DNA of 64,000 bases from Candidatus Iainarchaeum sp. (lineage in GTDB: Archaea > Iainarchaeota > Iainarchaeia > Iainarchaeales > SKW153): NCBI GenBank assembly GCA_026414365.1, contig JAOAJD010000001.1, positions 314,144 to 378,143 on the forward strand, in the 5' to 3' direction. The position numbers and the translations under genes were made by a program. Shown here piece after piece: positions 57,961-64,000 of this stretch (positions are counted from its first letter, which is position 1; each line of letters begins with the position of its first letter). The notes under the pieces are model-generated. The model made no database searches. It saw nothing but the letters and a program-made list of their open reading frames with translations, and had not been told where the DNA came from.

Positions 57961-58344
57961 CTAAGTTAAATTTCTATTCAATTCTTTTAGTTTTTTATAG
58001 TTTTCTTCTATTTGTTCCTTTCTTACAAAAAACTTGTGATTTCTAAAACCTCCGCTGAAGTTTTTAGGAATATGCATTAATTCATGTATTAATACTTTTA
58101 TTTTTTCTTCTTTGCTAAGTTTAAAAAATCTCTCAGATATAAGTTCAATAACGTAAAAAGGCTTTTCTCCTTTACCTATTTGAATTGCTTTTGGTAAAGA
58201 ATGGATTCTTGCAATAGTCCTCTTTGATTTAGAGCCTTCACTAACTACTATTGCTAACCTCTTTTTATCTATATAATTAAAATTAAGCCTTTCTATTATA
58301 TCATTACAAATTTCCTTGTACTTCTCTGATTTTTTATATATCAT
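57961..58344 (-). CDS. Putative zinc metallopeptidase (HExxH)
   Basis: TIARIH, YVIELISERF, VLIHELMHIP. Confidence 0.8.
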   Translation of the reverse strand: MIYKKSEKYKEICNDIIERLNFNYIDKKRLAIVVSEGSKSKRTIARIHSLPKAIQIGKGEKPFYVIELISERFFKLSKEEKIKVLIHELMHIPKNFSGGFRNHKFFVRKEQIEENYKKLKELNRNLT

Positions 58345-58680
58345 ATTTCACCAAATATTCTTTTTTTGAATCAGGTATTATATTTATCTTCCTAAATTTA
58401 ATTTTTTTTAAACTAAAAAAATAAACAACTACTTTGATAAAAAATATATCTTTTCAATCATTCTTTTTTTCCTTATTATCTGTTTTATATATCTCTAAGA
58501 TAAAACATAAAAAAATAAGAGGAATAATAAAATGTGTTTACCACTTTGTTACTTCTATGAGGTCTGATTTCCATAAAAGTTATGAGTGTTATTTTCAGCT
58601 TCTAAGTTATGTCTAAGTAGATAAGATAAAAATTAGTAATAAAAATAAAAAATAAAAAAGGAAAAAAATCTACTAAAAAA

Positions 58681-59376
58681 TTATTTTTTTCTTATACTCT
58701 TGAAAAGATTGTCAAACAAATCTTGGTTTTTGGCAGCAGCTTTTTCTATTGGCTCTTTTAGACCTAATCCTAATGCTATACCAACAGCTATTGCAAAGGC
58801 TATACTAATCGCTGACAAGAAGAGTACAAGTATATTTGATAAAATATCTACTGTACCTCTCACATTAGGGAATACTAGCGGCAATGTTATAATAATGCCA
58901 ATATATATAATAATGAATTTGACTATCTTTGAAATTTGATGACTAAATGTTCTATTTGATGTTTCTATTATATTTCCCACATATGTAGCTATAAACAATA
59001 CTGCCACCAATAAGACAATTCCTTGTGTTAATGTTGATAAGTATGCTAACAATGCCATTGCAAGCTGGACCATTATTATGTTATTAACTACTGAGGTAGC
59101 TAGGATCAAAGACAACAATATTATGTAGGCATCTATTAACTTTGTCAATATGCCAGTTACTGTAAAACCAAATAGTGCACGCTCTAGCCCCATCTTTTTT
59201 ATTTTTTCTTCTACTTTAGCTTGTTGTAAAATTCCTTTGATGATTAGATTGATTACTTTAGCCGCAATAACACCAAATATTAAAAATATTGCGATGACTG
59301 TAGAAACTCCTAAAGCACTTATAACACTTGTCACTACTGCATTTAAAAATGGTATTACCAAGTCTGTGTTCATCAA
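58681..59376 (-). CDS. Multi-TM membrane protein (MscS-associated TM-helix/CmpX-like)
   Basis: About 5 TM helices, AIAVGIALGLG; GGAGG SD. Confidence 0.7.
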   Translation of the reverse strand: MMNTDLVIPFLNAVVTSVISALGVSTVIAIFLIFGVIAAKVINLIIKGILQQAKVEEKIKKMGLERALFGFTVTGILTKLIDAYIILLSLILATSVVNNIIMVQLAMALLAYLSTLTQGIVLLVAVLFIATYVGNIIETSNRTFSHQISKIVKFIIIYIGIIITLPLVFPNVRGTVDILSNILVLFLSAISIAFAIAVGIALGLGLKEPIEKAAAKNQDLFDNLFKSIRKK

Positions 59377-59618
59377 CTAAACCTCCTTTTATTTTTTACT
59401 AACTAATTTTGTAAATTCTTACTGTTATATAAATTTATCTTTTGCTCTATTACATCCTATATGTTTCGTAAATAGCTTTGATTTAAACAATATTTGCTAA
59501 TTTAATATCCGTAGTAAAAAGCTAATATCATCCAAAATATCTAGATGATTTACTAAAATTAATATAAAAACTTCGTTTGATCACTATTTGACTAAAATAA
59601 ATAAAAAATTACTAAATT

Positions 59619-60722
59619 TTAGTTATTGAATATCTTATTAAATTTTCTCTTAAACTCAATTAATTTTCCCTCTTTTATTTTTTTCTTTGCTTTATTGATT
59701 AAATTATATACAAAATGTAAGTTGTGATATGTCAAATATTTGGCACCATTTTCTTCTTTTGTTTTGTAAAGGTGATGTATATATGCCTTACTGTGAAATT
59801 TACAAACGTAACAATCACAATTTTTGTCTAATTGAGAATTATCTTTTTTAAATTTTGAATTTTCTATACTTATGTTTCCTTCAGATGTTATTGCCAATCC
59901 ATGTCTCGCAGTCCTTGTTGGGAAATTGCTATCAAATATGTCAACTCCTAAACAGATAGCTTCTAACAATTCTCTTGCTGAACCAACACCCATTAAATAG
60001 ACGGGCCTATCCTCTGGAATAATTTGTTTACAAAACCTTATTATATCATACATTTCTTCCTTTTTCTCTCCTATAGATAATCCACCTATTGAAATTCCAT
60101 TAAAATCCAAATCTAATAAACCTCTTATTGACTCCTTTCTAAGATCTTTGTAAATGCCTCCTTGGCATATTCCAAATAATAGCTGATCTCTATTTTTGTG
60201 ATTTTTTTTGCATATCTCTGCCCATCTTTGCGTCCTCGCAACAGATATAGAATATATTTCTTTATTAAGCCCCATTTTCACAACGTCATCTAGACACATA
60301 GCAACATCGCTTTTAATTCGGTTTTGTATTTCTATTGCCTTTTTAGGAGTTAAAAAAAATTTACTATTATCAAAAGGATTTCTAAATAAGATACCCTCCT
60401 CATTTGTTTTTATATGCAAGTCTTCTTTAAGGATTTGAAAACCACCAGAATCAGTAAAAATTCCATATTTCCAATTGACAAAATTATGTATCCCTCCAAA
60501 GCTTTCAATGACTTCTAAAGATGGTTTCATAGATAGGATTAATGCATTAGTTATGAAACACTTATATCCAATTATCCCCAATTCTTCGTTGGTTATGTGT
60601 TTTACAGAACCTTTTGTAGCTACTGGCATAAAGAAAGGAGTTTCTAAGCTAACATGTTTTGTTTTTAATACCCCTATTCTAGCTTTTGTTTTTCTATCCT
60701 TCTCTAAAATTTTAAATGCCAT
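59619..60722 (-). CDS. tgt: tRNA-guanine(34) transglycosylase, bacterial/eukaryotic type
   Basis: ETPFFMPVAT, TDSGGFQ, QGG, GGLSIGE, YLMGVG, DIFD..PTR.ARHG, CDCYVC..H Zn site; no PUA domain. Confidence 0.9.
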   Translation of the reverse strand: MAFKILEKDRKTKARIGVLKTKHVSLETPFFMPVATKGSVKHITNEELGIIGYKCFITNALILSMKPSLEVIESFGGIHNFVNWKYGIFTDSGGFQILKEDLHIKTNEEGILFRNPFDNSKFFLTPKKAIEIQNRIKSDVAMCLDDVVKMGLNKEIYSISVARTQRWAEICKKNHKNRDQLLFGICQGGIYKDLRKESIRGLLDLDFNGISIGGLSIGEKKEEMYDIIRFCKQIIPEDRPVYLMGVGSARELLEAICLGVDIFDSNFPTRTARHGLAITSEGNISIENSKFKKDNSQLDKNCDCYVCKFHSKAYIHHLYKTKEENGAKYLTYHNLHFVYNLINKAKKKIKEGKLIEFKRKFNKIFNN

Positions 60723-60752
60723 ATCATCATCCAATTTTTAAAGAAAATGGTA

Positions 60753-61094
60753 TTATATTGATAAAAAACGTTTCTTCAAAAAACTTTTTGCCATTTCTAA
60801 TAGATTTTTTCCTCTATTTGTAATTTTGTATATCTTTCTAAAACCCACTTGTCTTGATTCTACAAAGCCTCTAGACTCAAGTTTATATAAAATAATATAT
60901 GTAGTTACTTCTCCTATTCCAAATCCAAATTTCTTCTCTATTTCTTTTCTAAGTGCATAAGCGTGCAATTCTTTTTTTGTTAGAATTGAAAGAATATATA
61001 GCCACAAAATTTCAATACCTGTTTTGTTTTTTAATCTTATAAATTCTTTTGTTTCTTCTAGTTTTTCAGTCTCTTCAGAATCTCTTTTTTTCAT
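60753..61094 (-). CDS. PadR-family transcriptional regulator
   Basis: ELHAYALRKEI, YIILYKLESRGFV, RKIYKITNRG. Confidence 0.88.
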   Translation of the reverse strand: MKKRDSEETEKLEETKEFIRLKNKTGIEILWLYILSILTKKELHAYALRKEIEKKFGFGIGEVTTYIILYKLESRGFVESRQVGFRKIYKITNRGKNLLEMAKSFLKKRFLSI

Positions 61095-61189
61095 ACCAAT
61101 GCCCAATGCTTTTAATTTTTGGAATTAACCAGCGTTCAGTTTTAAACTGCTTACTAGAATAAAAATAAGCTTATTGCATAATTATTTAA

Positions 61190-61232
61190 AAATATTTTAT
61201 ATCTGTTAAATATTTTATATTTGTAAAATATT
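61190..61232. promoter_or_regulatory. Candidate operator between the divergent padR and ino1 genes
   Basis: Direct repeat AAATATTTTATAT (61190-61202, 61208-61220) and inverted repeat AATATTTTA-n6-TAAAATATT (61209-61232); AT-rich, so could be chance. Confidence 0.35.
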
Positions 61233-61265
61233 GTCCTATGTTTGATATTTTTACGAGGTGTTGGT

Positions 61266-62369
61266 TTGAGTAAAATAAAAGTTGCTATTGCAGGCGTAGG
61301 TAATTGTGCATCTTCTTTAGTACAAGGTGTTTTCTATTATAAACACATTACTGAAAGAGATTCTTTGGTTCCTGGACTAATGCATAATGTTTTTGGCGGA
61401 TATAAAATCTCAGATATCAAATTTGTAGCAGCATTTGATGTTGACAAAAGGAAAGTTGGTAAAGATCTCAGTGAAGCAATATTCCAAAAACCAAATTGTA
61501 CAAAAGTATTCCAAAAGAAAATACCTAAGTTAAATGTCGAAGTAAAAAAGGGCCCGGTTTTGGATGGTGTTGCAGATCATATGAAGGATTATCCTGAAGA
61601 TAGGAGTTTTAGGGTAGATGAAAAACAAAAAGTAGTTGATGTTGTAAAGGAACTGAAAGAGTCAGGTGCGGATGTTTTAATTAATTATATGCCTGTTGGG
61701 GCTGAAGAGGCAACAAAATATTATGCAACTTGTGCTTTAGAGGCAGGATGTGCTTTTATTAACTGTATGCCTGTATTTATAGCTTCAGATTTTGCATGGG
61801 AAAAAAAATTTAGAGAGAAAAATTTGCCTGTGGTAGGTGACGATATAGCATCACAAATAGGGGCTACAATAACCCACAAGGCATTAACAAAACTATTTTC
61901 AGATAGAGGGGTAAAGATAGACAGAACTTATCAACTTAACACAGGTGGTAATACTGATTTTTTGAATATGTTAGAAAGATCGAGACTTAAGAGTAAAAAG
62001 ATAAGTAAAACTGAAGCAGTACAACATATGCTTAATGAAAGATTAGATGATCAAAACATACATATAGGTCCAAGTGATTACGTACCATGGCAGAATGACA
62101 ACAAAGTTTGTTTTATAAGAATTGAAGGAAGAAAGTTTGGAGATGTGCCAGTGATTTTAGATTTAAGGCTTAGTGTAGAAGATTCTCCTAATTCTGCAGG
62201 AGTAGTAATAGATGCTATAAGGGCAGCAAAATTAGCTTTAGATAGAGGAGTCGGAGGAGCATTAATTTCAGCCAGCGCTTATTTTATGAAACATCCTCCA
62301 ATGCACTATTCTCCTGAAATAGCAAAACAGATGGTTGAAGAATTTATTAAAGGAAAAAGAGAAAGATAA
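61266..62369 (+). CDS. ino1: myo-Inositol-1-phosphate synthase
   Basis: [48 protein letters not shown]; TTG start after GAGGTG. Confidence 0.94.
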   Translation: MSKIKVAIAGVGNCASSLVQGVFYYKHITERDSLVPGLMHNVFGGYKISDIKFVAAFDVDKRKVGKDLSEAIFQKPNCTKVFQKKIPKLNVEVKKGPVLDGVADHMKDYPEDRSFRVDEKQKVVDVVKELKESGADVLINYMPVGAEEATKYYATCALEAGCAFINCMPVFIASDFAWEKKFREKNLPVVGDDIASQIGATITHKALTKLFSDRGVKIDRTYQLNTGGNTDFLNMLERSRLKSKKISKTEAVQHMLNERLDDQNIHIGPSDYVPWQNDNKVCFIRIEGRKFGDVPVILDLRLSVEDSPNSAGVVIDAIRAAKLALDRGVGGALISASAYFMKHPPMHYSPEIAKQMVEEFIKGKRER

Positions 62370-62371
62370 TC

Positions 62372-62968
62372 ATGCTTTACGAAAAGAGAGAATTTTTTAA
62401 TAAAATTTCTATAAAAGTTGGTTTGATTTTTTCTACAATTCCACTAACGCCAAATCAGTGGACTATCTTGAGTTTAATACCTGCTATACTATCTGCTTAT
62501 TTCATAATATACAAGAAATATCTCTTCGCAATAGCTTTCTTTTTGATTGCTGCTTTTCTAGATTTTGTTGATGGTTCTGTTGCTAGGGTTTTGGGAAGAG
62601 AAACTAAATTTGGTGCTTATTTAGATACAATAGTAGATCGTTATGTCGAATTTATTATTATTTTTAGTTTTTTATTTGTTGATTTACCTGATTTTATTAT
62701 TTCAAAGAATGCCTTGCTTTTTTTGTATCTTTTTGGTGCTTTTATGACAACATATGCAAAAGCAGCAGCAAAAGAGAAAGAACTAGTTAAAAATGAACTA
62801 AAAGGCGGTTTGTTAGAGAGAGCAGAAAGACTTTTTATTTTCTTTGTGGGTTTAATTTTATTACTTTTTGATAGTTTATATTTTGTTATATTGTTAGCAA
62901 TCTTGGCTATTCTTTCAAATATAACTGCTCTACAAAGAATATTAAAAGCTAGACAATCTAAAATATAA
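62372..62968 (+). CDS. CDP-alcohol phosphatidyltransferase, probable archaetidylinositol phosphate synthase
   Basis: DFVDGSVAR..FGAYLDTIVDR motif; directly downstream of ino1. Confidence 0.85.
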   Translation: MLYEKREFFNKISIKVGLIFSTIPLTPNQWTILSLIPAILSAYFIIYKKYLFAIAFFLIAAFLDFVDGSVARVLGRETKFGAYLDTIVDRYVEFIIIFSFLFVDLPDFIISKNALLFLYLFGAFMTTYAKAAAKEKELVKNELKGGLLERAERLFIFFVGLILLLFDSLYFVILLAILAILSNITALQRILKARQSKI

Positions 62969-62981
62969 TGTTTAGGGGAAA

Positions 62982-63923
62982 TTATTTATCTTTCTTCGTT
63001 TCAACTTCTAACATAGGATTTTTTGAATATATTTCATAACTAGCAAAATAGAAATTATCTATGTTAACATCACTCTCCAAACTTATATTTACCAATATCT
63101 CATTTTCTTTTTGTTTTACAATAATTAAGGGATTCAATAATATTTCTATTCTATCAGAAGTACAATCATTTCCTAAACAATTTATTACTACTTTGTTTTC
63201 TTGTTCTTTCTTTATATGAGCTTTAATTATATTATTACTTAAAAAGCATTTCTCACATTCTGAGCTATCTACTTCTAAATAAAAATAAAGATCTCTCTTT
63301 TGGGTGTTATAATCCTCTTGTGGGCAACCAGTATATTCTTGAAAAGTGCATTGGATGTTGTTAAAATCATGTCCTAAACCAGCAGGAATTTTTATCTTGA
63401 CCCCAACTTTCTTAATTTTATCTTCGTTGCATTCTTCTAACCAAATTTTGTTTTCGTCCTCGATGAAAAAATTTGTGCATATAGGTTCTATTGTGAAGTA
63501 TATTTTTTTGTCATTACCATTCCAATCAGCATTTTTTGGTACATTTATATCTATAATGTACCCTAAATAGTTAGATCCTTTCTCTAAAAAAATTTCATAA
63601 CTATTAATTAAATCATAATAAGTTAAAATTCTGTTTTTGTTTATAGGTAGTTCAACATTTATATCAAAAATATTTTTATCAATATTAAAAGAAAAGGGCA
63701 ATATTCTGTTATCTATTGCTGGGTTGTTATAATAAAAGTTATTAGAGATAGACCTTGTAATTTTAACACTGTTTTCTAATGCCTTTATTTTAGCTTTTGA
63801 TTTTTCTAACAATATTCTGTTATAACTAGAAATTTCATAAACTTGCATAAGTAGAATTATGAATAGCATTACTATAACAGAAAATAAAAAACCTCTGTTA
63901 TGTCTTTTTTTTAGCAAAGGCAT
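62982..63923 (-). CDS. Pilin-like secreted protein with a class III signal peptide
   Basis: MPLLKKRHNRG/FLFSVIVMLFII; Cys-containing ectodomain. Confidence 0.65.
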   Translation of the reverse strand: MPLLKKRHNRGFLFSVIVMLFIILLMQVYEISSYNRILLEKSKAKIKALENSVKITRSISNNFYYNNPAIDNRILPFSFNIDKNIFDINVELPINKNRILTYYDLINSYEIFLEKGSNYLGYIIDINVPKNADWNGNDKKIYFTIEPICTNFFIEDENKIWLEECNEDKIKKVGVKIKIPAGLGHDFNNIQCTFQEYTGCPQEDYNTQKRDLYFYLEVDSSECEKCFLSNNIIKAHIKKEQENKVVINCLGNDCTSDRIEILLNPLIIVKQKENEILVNISLESDVNIDNFYFASYEIYSKNPMLEVETKKDK

Positions 63924-63924
63924 T

Positions 63925-63999
63925 TCAATCAGCCCAGATATAATATTTTACTCTGTAAAAGTTTGTTTTTGGACTTCCATAACATTTAACTGCATCGTA
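63925..63999 (-). CDS. C-terminal end of an upstream ORF (truncated by window edge)
   Basis: Open frame ...YDAVKCYGSPKTNFYRVKYYIWAD* ends 1 nt before the next ATG. Confidence 0.45.
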   Translation of the reverse strand, partial: YDAVKCYGSPKTNFYRVKYYIWAD

Positions 64000-64000
64000 G

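Noticed and set aside
58434-58616. 60-aa + strand ORF
   Set aside because: Low-complexity AT-rich intergenic DNA with a TTG start and no SD or motif.
1-64000. CRISPR array, rRNA or IS element
   Set aside because: No regularly spaced repeats, long GC-rich structural RNA or transposase ORF was seen.

Overview
AT-rich archaeal chromosomal segment. Archaeal information genes (RFC, TFE, aTrm56, Pus10, DTD2, XerA, archaeal initiator tRNA, an intron-containing tRNA) sit beside several bacterial-type metabolic genes. This mix suggests a DPANN lineage such as Iainarchaeota/Diapherotrites, which is an inference. Main blocks: nrdD/nrdG/ferredoxin and housekeeping genes (1-6.5 kb); a tRNA-iMet/wHTH/PRC-barrel/xerA locus in which a 21-bp inverted repeat pair flanks the PRC-barrel gene (6.5-9.7 kb); a type IV pilus locus followed by membrane-anchored surface proteins, two KaiC-like ATPases and two P-loop-less KaiC-like proteins (12-27.5 kb); ppdK, lysC, asd and nadK; a complete, clustered archaeal (Aeropyrum-type) mevalonate pathway (38.3-49 kb); a patch of orphan genes with basic N-terminal leaders, including a kinase-like protein and a gene split at a poly-A run (51-57 kb); and a bacterial/eukaryotic-type tgt followed by PadR, ino1 and an AIP synthase. 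The best candidates for an undescribed system are (i) the pilus/KaiC module, linked by a shared 24-aa cytoplasmic motif and N-terminal amphipathic helices, and (ii) a possible XerA-invertible PRC-barrel cassette. All calls come from reading motifs by eye; no database searches were run.
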